Shown: positions 19,609 through 27,211 of the stretch, piece after piece
How the letters are laid out: the number at the start of each line of letters is the position of its first letter
Numbering within the stretch: position 1 is the stretch's first letter
From: Candidatus Eiseniibacteriota bacterium
Lineage (GTDB): Bacteria > Eisenbacteria > RBG-16-71-46 > SZUA-252
NCBI GenBank assembly: GCA_003235575.1
Contig: QJVW01000115.1
Span: forward strand, 12,290-76,289
Direction: 5' to 3'
Length of the DNA stretch: 64,000 bases
Position numbers and translations under genes: made by a program
Notes under the pieces: generated by a model
The model's input: only the letters and a program-made list of their open reading frames with translations
Told to the model about the DNA's origin: nothing
Databases searched by the model: none

Positions 19609-21129
19609 CTAGGCCATTCCCTTCTTCACGAAGGCGGCCTTGAACTGCTCCACGGCCTTCTTCAGCTTCGCCTCGATCGCGTCGGTCATTTCGTACTTGG
19701 CGCGGATGTCGTGCATCATGTCGCCGAATTCCTCGTCGAGGAACGCGAAGAAGCCGGTCTCGAACGCCCGGACCGAGGTCGTCGGCAGATCGTCGAGGTA
19801 GCCGTTCGTTCCGGCGTAGATGATGGCGACCTGTCGCTCCACCGACATCGGCTGGTATTGCCCCTGCTTCAGGAGTTCCACCATGCGCTCTCCGCGCGTC
19901 AGCTGCGCCTGCGTGGCCTTGTCGAGGTCCGAGCCGAACTGCGCGAAGGCCGCCAACTCGCGATACTGCGCGAGGTCGAGCCGGAGGCGTCCGGCGACTT
20001 TCTTCATGGCCTTCGTCTGCGCCTTGCCACCGACGCGCGAAACCGAAATACCGACGTTGATGGCGGGCCGCACGCCCGAGTAGAAGAGGTCGGTTTCCAG
20101 GAAGATCTGCCCGTCCGTGATCGAGATGACGTTCGTCGGAATGTACGCCGACACGTCGCCCGCCTGCGTCTCGATGATCGGAAGCGCGGTCAGCGACCCG
20201 GCGCCCAGCGAATCGTTCAGCTTCGCGGCGCGCTCCAGGAGGCGGGAGTGGAGATAGAACACGTCCCCCGGGAAGGCTTCGCGGCCCGGCGGCCGCCGGA
20301 GCAGCAGCGACAGCTGTCGGTACGACGCGGCGTGCTTCGACAGATCGTCGTAGATCACGAGCGCGTGCCCGCCGCGGTCCCGAACGTCCTCGCCGATGGC
20401 GCAGCCGGTGAAGGGCGCGATGAACTGAAGCGGCGCGGCTTCCGAGGCGCCCGCGTTGACGACCGTCGTGTATTCCATGGCGCCGTGGTCTTCCAGGATC
20501 TTCACGACCTTCGCGATCGTGAAGTCCTTCTGGCCGATGGCCACGTAGATGCAGCGGATGTCCCCGCCCTTCTGGTTGAGGATCGTGTCCACCGCGACCG
20601 CGGTCTTCCCCGTCTGGCGGTCCCCGATGATGAGCTCGCGCTGGCCCCGCCCGATCGGAATCATCGAATCGATGGCCTTCAATCCGGTCTGAACGGGCTG
20701 ATTCACGGGCTGACGATCCACGACGCCCGGAGCGCGGCCTTCGATCGGGTTGTACTTGTCCGTGACGATGGGGCCCTTGCCGTCGATCGGCTGGCCGATC
20801 GCGTTGATCACGCGCCCGGCCATCGCGTCCCCGACGGGCACCGAGGCGAGGCGCCCGGTGCGGCGCACCTCGTCGCCCTGCTTGATCTGTTCGGTGGAGC
20901 CGAAGAGCGCGATCCCGACGTTGTCCTCTTCGAGGTTCAGCACGACGCCGGTGACGTCGCCGGGAAAGAGCACCAACTCGCCGGCCATCGCGTCGTCGAG
21001 GCCCCACACGCGGGCGATCCCGTCGCCCACCTGGAGCACCGTCCCGACGCTCTCCATCTTGAGCCGGGACTCGTACCGCTCGAGCTCCTGCTCCAGTACC
21101 GCGCTGACTTCCTCGGGCTTGAACGCCAT
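19609..21129 (-). CDS. atpA: F1 ATP synthase alpha subunit
   Basis: 506 aa with the P-loop [20 protein letters not shown] and the alpha signature regions. Confidence 0.97.
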   Translation of the reverse strand: MAFKPEEVSAVLEQELERYESRLKMESVGTVLQVGDGIARVWGLDDAMAGELVLFPGDVTGVVLNLEEDNVGIALFGSTEQIKQGDEVRRTGRLASVPVGDAMAGRVINAIGQPIDGKGPIVTDKYNPIEGRAPGVVDRQPVNQPVQTGLKAIDSMIPIGRGQRELIIGDRQTGKTAVAVDTILNQKGGDIRCIYVAIGQKDFTIAKVVKILEDHGAMEYTTVVNAGASEAAPLQFIAPFTGCAIGEDVRDRGGHALVIYDDLSKHAASYRQLSLLLRRPPGREAFPGDVFYLHSRLLERAAKLNDSLGAGSLTALPIIETQAGDVSAYIPTNVISITDGQIFLETDLFYSGVRPAINVGISVSRVGGKAQTKAMKKVAGRLRLDLAQYRELAAFAQFGSDLDKATQAQLTRGERMVELLKQGQYQPMSVERQVAIIYAGTNGYLDDLPTTSVRAFETGFFAFLDEEFGDMMHDIRAKYEMTDAIEAKLKKAVEQFKAAFVKKGMA

Positions 21130-21132
21130 GCT

Positions 21133-21690
21133 TTAACCCCTGCCGTGTACCCGCGTCTGAAGGAGTTGACGGCGGATCCGCCAGAGCTCCGTCGCGAGGG
21201 TTCCGTCGATGAGCGTGTGATCCATCGCGACGACCGCGCCGCCCACGACGGCGGGGTCGGTCTCGCGCTGGAGGAGAATGCGATAACCCGTGCGCCCGCC
21301 GAGCGCCTTCGCGAGGCGGTCCGCCTGGGCGTCCGTGAACGGAACGGCGCTGCGCACCGTGGCGCGCACGATGCCTTGCGCCCGCTCCGCGATCTGAAAG
21401 AACTCCTGCGCGATGCTGGAGAGGTGATCCAGCCTCCCGCGCCGCAGCAGCAAGATCAGGAGTCCGTACACGCCGGGCCCCATGGAGGGTTTCCACCGGC
21501 GCTCCAGGAACTCCAGCTTCTCCGACCGGGCGATCGAAGGCGTTTCGAAAAACCGCCGGACGCGCACGTCGCGCTCGAATAGCAACCCCATCGCGCGCAG
21601 CTCCTCCTGGGTGCGGTCCAGATCACCCCGGCGCTGCGACAAGGACAGGAGGGCGCGCGCGTAGCGGCGCGAGAGACCGACCGAAATCAC
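21133..21690 (-). CDS. atpH: ATP synthase delta (OSCP) subunit
   Basis: 185 aa MISVGLSRRYARALLSL...; OSCP family pattern. Confidence 0.85.
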   Translation of the reverse strand: MISVGLSRRYARALLSLSQRRGDLDRTQEELRAMGLLFERDVRVRRFFETPSIARSEKLEFLERRWKPSMGPGVYGLLILLLRRGRLDHLSSIAQEFFQIAERAQGIVRATVRSAVPFTDAQADRLAKALGGRTGYRILLQRETDPAVVGGAVVAMDHTLIDGTLATELWRIRRQLLQTRVHGRG

Positions 21691-22178
21691 CCGGCGGCCT
21701 CCACGTCGGCCAGGAACGCATCGACCAGCTTCTTGTGCTTCTCCGCGGTGAGCTCTTCCTGGACCACCTTGCCCGCGATGCCCATGGCGAGGGCCACGAC
21801 CTCGTTGCGAAGCGTCACCTGCGCCTTGTCGCGCTCCATGGCGATATCCTCGCGGGCGCGCGTCAGGATCTCCTGCGCTTCCTTGCGCGCCAGATCGCGC
21901 AGCTCCGTGCCGACCCGCTGCCCTTCGGCGACGGCCGCCTGGATGCGCTCGCGGCTCTCCGCTTCGATCTTCTTCAGATGCGCTTCGTATTCCTGCTTCA
22001 ACCCCGCGACCGCCGCCTTTTCCTGCTCGATCCGGTCGTACTCCGCTTGGATGCGATCACGGCGTTCCTTCATCGGCGGATAGATGATCGCCATGAAGGC
22101 GCCGCGCACCAGGAAGAAGAAGACCGCGAACGAAATCGCGTGGGCGAGGAGCTGATTCCAGTGAACGAATTGATCCAT
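21687..22178 (-). CDS. atpF: ATP synthase Fo subunit b
   Basis: 163 aa with an N-terminal TM helix followed by a long charged coiled coil (EAHLKKIEAESRERIQAAVAEGQ...). Confidence 0.85.
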   Translation of the reverse strand: MDQFVHWNQLLAHAISFAVFFFLVRGAFMAIIYPPMKERRDRIQAEYDRIEQEKAAVAGLKQEYEAHLKKIEAESRERIQAAVAEGQRVGTELRDLARKEAQEILTRAREDIAMERDKAQVTLRNEVVALAMGIAGKVVQEELTAEKHKKLVDAFLADVEAAG

Positions 22179-22237
22179 GTCGTGCCTCGGGCACGGCGCG
22201 CGTCCGACCGCGGGGGCCGGCCGCTATCGCCGCCGCC

Positions 22238-22522
<285 letters not shown>

Positions 22523-23926
22523 TCAATGGGCATGACCGCTCTCCTCGTGTCCGTGCGCCTCGTGCGGCAGCATCATGTAGAGGTAGACGGTCGTCAGAAG
22601 CGCGAAGATCAACGCCTGAACGATGGCGGTCAGGGTCTGAAGCAACATGAACAGCGCCGTGATCCCCGCCATCGGCGGCACGGCCAGCGCGACGAGGCTC
22701 GCCTTCAAGCAAAGCGCCGCCACGCCGACGAAGACGACGATCAACGTGTCCTCGCCGAAGATGTTGCCGAAGAGTCGGCAGGAGAGGCTGACCGGCTTCA
22801 CCAGTTCCCCCAGGATGTGAACGGGGATCATGACCGGGAGCATGGCGAAGCCGACGATGTCGCGGGGCGAACCGGCGAGATGGTCGAGGTAGCCGAGCGG
22901 CCCCAGGTTGATCACGCCGGAGATCTGCACGTAGAGGAACGTCACCAAGGCGAGCGCGAGCGTCACGTCGAGGGTCGAGGTGGACGACTTCAGGCCCGGG
23001 ATGATGCCGATCAGGTTCATCATCAGGATGTAGAAGAAGATCGCCATGATGAATGGAAAATACTTGTGCAGGTGCCTGCCGAGCATGCCGCCGCAGACGT
23101 CCTCCATGCTCTCGATGATCCATTCGATCGCGTTCTGAAGTTGGCCGGGGACCGGCGAGGGCTTGCGCATGCCGATCCACGTCAGCCCCAGGAACAGAAA
23201 GCCCGCGAGCCAGGCGAAGACGAGATACTCGTTGTCGTGCATCCAGCGGACGACCGGCGCGTCGGGGAAGTAGTCGTTCGCGATCGTGACCCAGTTGGGA
23301 AGGTGCTCGCCGCCACCCTCGTGCTCGCCGCCGTCGTGTGCTCCCTCGGCATGCGTCGCGTCCGTGTGGGCGGCCTCGGCCTGCTCGCGTTCGGCGGCCG
23401 CCGGCTCCTCCGTGAGGGGGGCGCCGACTTCGGTGGCCGTCGCGGCATCCCCGGCGCCGTGGTCCTGCGCGAACGCGCGGACGGCGACGGGAAGCGCGAG
23501 GAGTCCCGCGATGAGAATGGTCGCGGCGAGCTTGGCCGAGCTCCGGGCGGGAGCTGCCGTTGTCGTTGCCCGCCGCGATGAATGCGCGTCACCGGCCGAG
23601 AAGGCCAGCATGATCGATTTGAGTACGAGAGCCAGGAGCGGCATCGAAAGCCCAGCGACGAGGGGCAGGAATTCCGCGCCGCGCCACTGCAGTACCGCGA
23701 ACGCGCCCCCGTAGACGATCACGAACTTCGCGGTCCCCACGAGGAACCCCTTCGCGCGCATCCAATCGCCCGTCGTCCGCGTCGGTGCGACCACGGCTCC
23801 TGTGAAGAGTTTCACAAGCCTGGTGAGAAAGAAGAAATTCGCGGCTGCCAAGATCTGCCCCGCGGCGAGCGAGAGCGCTGCGTTCGGATGGCGCGGCAAC
23901 AGAACCGCGACGAGCGCCGCGGCCAT
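22523..23926 (-). CDS. atpB: ATP synthase Fo subunit a, with an in-frame N-terminal AtpI-like module; an internal ATG at about 23611 starts a signal-peptide-like sequence
   Basis: The C-terminal roughly 250 aa are subunit a (LGRHLHKYFPFIMAIFFYILMMNLIGIIPG...CRLFGNIFGEDT...). The N-terminal roughly 105 aa resemble AtpI (4 TM helices). No stop codon separates the two modules. MLAFSAGDAHSSRRATTTAAPARSSAKLAATILIAGLLALPVAVRAFAQD looks like a subunit-a presequence. A His/Glu-rich linker (HTDATHAEGAHDGGEHEGGGEH) follows. Confidence 0.85.
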   Translation of the reverse strand: MAAALVAVLLPRHPNAALSLAAGQILAAANFFFLTRLVKLFTGAVVAPTRTTGDWMRAKGFLVGTAKFVIVYGGAFAVLQWRGAEFLPLVAGLSMPLLALVLKSIMLAFSAGDAHSSRRATTTAAPARSSAKLAATILIAGLLALPVAVRAFAQDHGAGDAATATEVGAPLTEEPAAAEREQAEAAHTDATHAEGAHDGGEHEGGGEHLPNWVTIANDYFPDAPVVRWMHDNEYLVFAWLAGFLFLGLTWIGMRKPSPVPGQLQNAIEWIIESMEDVCGGMLGRHLHKYFPFIMAIFFYILMMNLIGIIPGLKSSTSTLDVTLALALVTFLYVQISGVINLGPLGYLDHLAGSPRDIVGFAMLPVMIPVHILGELVKPVSLSCRLFGNIFGEDTLIVVFVGVAALCLKASLVALAVPPMAGITALFMLLQTLTAIVQALIFALLTTVYLYMMLPHEAHGHEESGHAH

Positions 23927-23993
23927 GAACCACGAAACGCGCAGCGCTCGGGAAAGTAGCGTGGGATTGGATGCGGCGAACCGGCGCAGAACT

Positions 23994-24287
23994 CTAGTCC
24001 TCCCGTTGAGCCATTCTCACGATCTTGACCGTTTCGCGCACTCCGGCGACGAAACCGAGTCCCAGCAGCGTCAGCTGCAGCCAGGGCTCTGTCCGGAACT
24101 TCTTATCGAGATAGTTCCCGAGGAAGTACCCGACGATTGGCGCCAGAGCGAGGATGAACGGGATCGAGGACAAGAGTCCGATTTGCCGCCAATCCGTGAC
24201 CTTGTTGGGTCGCTTCTCGGTCACTTCACGGCCTCCGCGCTGGGCGGCTGGAGCGCGTCCCCCACGAACGCGTTCCGAATTGGACAA
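23994..24287 (-). CDS. atpZ: AtpZ/AtpR-type small membrane protein (ATPase_gene1 family), the first gene of the atp operon
   Basis: WRQIGLLSSIPFILALAPIVGYFLGNYLDKKFRTEPWLQLTLLGLGFVAGVRETVKI is a two-TM hairpin characteristic of the family found upstream of atpI. TTG start. Confidence 0.7.
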   Translation of the reverse strand: MSNSERVRGGRAPAAQRGGREVTEKRPNKVTDWRQIGLLSSIPFILALAPIVGYFLGNYLDKKFRTEPWLQLTLLGLGFVAGVRETVKIVRMAQRED

Positions 24288-24318
24288 CCGGAATCGAGGC
24301 CACGACCTCGAGCCAGGA

Positions 24319-24348
24319 AAAATACGTCAGACGCGTGACTTCGGTCAA
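24319..24348 (-). promoter_or_regulatory. Candidate sigma70-type promoter for the atp operon (TTGACC-N18-TATTTT on the minus strand), about 25 nt upstream of atpZ
   Basis: The minus strand reads ccgTTGACCgaagtcacgcgtctgacgTATTTTtcctgg. A pattern match only. Confidence 0.35.
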
Positions 24349-25039
24349 CGGCAAAGAGGCTGTGGGGCGGATCACCCAGCCCGACACTTGATGCGCTCAA
24401 CATAATAGAGGGGTCCCGCGGAAACCCGCCCGGGCGCTCAACGGCGCCGCGCGGACGAGCCGCAATGGACCCCTAAGTAGATGGCGGGACGCCTCTTCGC
24501 CTCCTCGGCTTCACCACACCACGGCCCCGACTCCGCAGTGCTCTCCCCCAAACAGAGGACGCCCCGCCAAACCTATCGAATCAAGTAACTTACAAACAAC
24601 GCCATCCTGTTCCCTTGGAATCGCATCAACCGTGCCCATGTAGGGCTCCTGGGCTCAATCGGATTAATGTATTGCAAAATATTACGTTATGGATCTTCCA
24701 CGCCCGCCCGATGGGCGGATACGGGGGGAAGCCGTATCCCGGCGGCGACGCTCCAAGGCGCCATGGACGATCGATCGTCCGTAAATGCTTGTAATGAATA
24801 CACTAAGCGACCGTCCACCTCCGGACTCGCCGGCGTCCACGCCGGCTGCGCCTGCCGGATCTCTCGGTCGGGCATCACGGGAATGGCCCGCACCGCGCCC
24901 TTCCCAGTGGGGCCCCGATTCGGCCTGTGTTCCCGGCACAGAACGGTGGCCCGCATGCCGATCTCTGCTGGGGAACCCTACTCGCGCGCGTCTCATACGG
25001 ATCCGCGCGCGGATATCCCTTTGGCTCGGGAACGGTGCT

Positions 25040-25609
25040 ATGACGCGGGGCAATTTCGGAAACCACTGGATGGCCGAGGAGCGTGAGAAGCGGCTTGTGC
25101 TCGCGGCGCAGCAGGGAGACCGACAGGCGTTTCTATCGCTGGTAAAGCACTACCAGCGTCAGGTCTATGGCCTCGCCTACGCGCTGACGCGGGACCACGA
25201 CCACGCCGCGGATCTTGCCCACGACGCGTTTCGTCGCGCTTGGGCGGGCATCAAGGGCATCCCGGAGGGAAAGCGGTTCTTCCCCTGGCTCCTACGCACC
25301 ACGCGCAACCTCTCGCTCACCCACGCGCGGCGCCGCGCGGGCGAGCCGACATCCATGACCGCGCTGGGGCGAATTCCGGTCGCCCCCGAGAGCGAGGACG
25401 CCGACGCCTACCGGCTGATGCTCGAAACGCTCCGAGAGCTTCGTCCCGACGAGCAAATGGCCCTGGCCCTGCGCGTCGTGGAGCGGCTGCCGTACGAGGA
25501 GATCGCACGACTGCTCGACCACTCCGCGGGGATCACGCTGGCGCGTCTGTCGTCGGCGCGCGGCGTCCTGCTCGCGCGGGCGGGCCAAGGTGGTGGGGGG
25601 AGCGTGTGA
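25040..25609 (+). CDS. ECF-type RNA polymerase sigma factor (sigma-70 regions 2 and 4); likely start at MTRGN (25040) or MAEERE (about 25070)
   Basis: LVLAAQQGDRQAFLSLVKHYQRQVYGLAYALTRDHDHAADLAHDAFRRAW (region 2) and LPYEEIARLLDHSAGITLARLSSARGVL (region 4 HTH). The track ORF from 24785 carries an implausible Pro/Arg-rich N-terminus. Confidence 0.85.
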   Translation: MTRGNFGNHWMAEEREKRLVLAAQQGDRQAFLSLVKHYQRQVYGLAYALTRDHDHAADLAHDAFRRAWAGIKGIPEGKRFFPWLLRTTRNLSLTHARRRAGEPTSMTALGRIPVAPESEDADAYRLMLETLRELRPDEQMALALRVVERLPYEEIARLLDHSAGITLARLSSARGVLLARAGQGGGGSV

Positions 25610-27063
25610 TTCACTTGACGCTCCATCAGCTTTCCGCGCACCTCGACGGCGAGCTCGCCGAGGCATCCACGGAACTCGTGCGCCGTCACTTGTCGCAGTG
25701 TTCCGAATGCACGGAGCGCTTCGCGCTCATCGAGGCGCAGGAGGAGATCCTGGAATGCCTCCTGAACCACGACCCCGGCGAAGCGTTCTTCGACTACTTC
25801 GTGGACAACTTCGACTTCAGCAGCCGGAAAAGCGCGCCGCGACGGTGGCCGCGACCGGCCGCGACCCCGATCGACGCTCGCGATCCGGAGGGCGAAGGCG
25901 TCTCCCCCACGGAATCCGCGGAGTCCCCCTTCGCCGCCTCCGCCACGCCGATCGAACACGACCCGGCGCGCTTGATTCCGAATCAGGCAACGCCCGTCGG
26001 CGAGCCGTCGCCGCCACCGCCGTCCATGTCGGAATCGGAGCCCGTTTCCGTCGAGCACCGAAACCCGGCTCCGATCCAAGCGCCCATCGCCGTTCAGGTC
26101 CCGGCCCCGCGCCCGGTGAGCGTCGCCGCACCCGTGCCCGTCGCGCCGCGGGTTGCCGAGTCGGGTCGGCCCGCCTCGCCGACCCTCTACGGCCGCCGCG
26201 CGGAGGATCGGAAGCCGCCGGCCCGATGGCCGATGGCCGCCGGATGGATCGTCGCGGGAATCGTCGGCGTCATCGCGTTGAGCGTCGCCTTCGTGGGCAC
26301 GCGGCAGCGAGTAGCGCCGCTCCCCATTCCGACGGTCGCCACGCCACCGCCGCCCGAGGTCGTGTCGGACGCGCCGGCGGAGCAGGTGGCCACGGTGTCG
26401 CAACCCGAGGAAGCAATCGCGACGGCCCCTGCGGATACGCTTGTCCCGCCCGTGGAGGTCGCCGCCGTCGTGGATGCCGCAGCCGATCCCGAGCCGGCAG
26501 CTCCGTCCGCTCCCACGGTGGAGACGCGCCCAAAGGTGGAGCCGTCCAAGAGCGTCGAGCCGCCCCCCGCGCGGGAACCGGCACGGCGGGCGCCGATCGA
26601 GCCCCCGCCGGCGCCGCGGCCGCCCCGGCACATGGTGCCGGTGAGAACGATCATCACGAAGACGACGACCGCCCCCGAACCATCCGCTCCGACACCCACA
26701 CCGTCGGCGCCCTCTTCGTCGGAGCGAGACCGGCTCCCGTCCCCTTCCGCGGCTACGGTCGCGCGGGAGATGGCCCACGCCAAGGACCTGAGCCTGGTCG
26801 CCGCCCGCACGATGACGGCGCCGGCGTTCGAGTCGGCCGCGGAGGCCTGGGAAACGCTCCTGCCCCGGTTGTCGGAATCCCCTGAGAGCGAAGCGATCGC
26901 CCGCCGGGAGATCGCGCAGGCGCGATTCCAGGCATGGGCTGTCGAGGGGACCCCTGGCCGCAGGGAACTCGCCATCACCGCGGCACGCGCCTACCTCCTC
27001 TATGCCCCGCCGGGCCCCGACCGCGACCAAGGTTGGACCTGGCTGGGCCGCCTCAAGCGGTAG
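25606..27063 (+). CDS. Anti-sigma factor: N-terminal zf-HC2 (HxxxCxxC), single TM helix, and a long Pro-rich extracytoplasmic region with a TPR-like C-terminus
   Basis: The GTG start overlaps the sigma-factor TGA (GTGA overlap). VIHLTLHQLSAHLDGELAEASTELVRRHLSQCSECTERF is the zinc-finger anti-sigma motif. TM segment WPMAAGWIVAGIVGVIALSVAFVG. PAPRPPRHMVP is one of the Pro-rich repeats. Confidence 0.8.
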   Translation: MIHLTLHQLSAHLDGELAEASTELVRRHLSQCSECTERFALIEAQEEILECLLNHDPGEAFFDYFVDNFDFSSRKSAPRRWPRPAATPIDARDPEGEGVSPTESAESPFAASATPIEHDPARLIPNQATPVGEPSPPPPSMSESEPVSVEHRNPAPIQAPIAVQVPAPRPVSVAAPVPVAPRVAESGRPASPTLYGRRAEDRKPPARWPMAAGWIVAGIVGVIALSVAFVGTRQRVAPLPIPTVATPPPPEVVSDAPAEQVATVSQPEEAIATAPADTLVPPVEVAAVVDAAADPEPAAPSAPTVETRPKVEPSKSVEPPPAREPARRAPIEPPPAPRPPRHMVPVRTIITKTTTAPEPSAPTPTPSAPSSSERDRLPSPSAATVAREMAHAKDLSLVAARTMTAPAFESAAEAWETLLPRLSESPESEAIARREIAQARFQAWAVEGTPGRRELAITAARAYLLYAPPGPDRDQGWTWLGRLKR

Positions 27064-27211
27064 GGACCACTTCGGTTCGGGCGGACGGACCGTAGGCCGA
27101 CGCCGCGGAGGCACCCCCTCAAGACCTCAAGAACGCGGTCCTTAGAGCCGATGGATCGTTTCGAGGCACATCCGCATGCAGTCAACTGCAATCACCTGAG
27201 AAGCGAGCGAC

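Noticed and set aside
24640-24665. Possible sigma54 -24/-12 element (cGGattaatgtaTTGCA)
   Set aside because: The GG-to-GC spacing is 11 rather than 10, and TGGCAC is poorly matched.
24667-25086. Small ORFs in the atpZ / ECF-sigma spacer (24154-24405, 24221-24403, 24667-25086, 24682-25053, 24687-24956, 24875-25066)
   Set aside because: Mutually overlapping on both strands, Arg/Pro-rich, with no signal peptides or motifs. I treat the region as regulatory or non-coding.
27064-27211. Possible sigma28 (FliA)-type promoter upstream of cheA (tcaagaac...GCCGATGG)
   Set aside because: Only a partial match to TAAAGTTT-N11-GCCGATAA, with 4 of 8 in the -35 element. Too weak to annotate without transcription start data.
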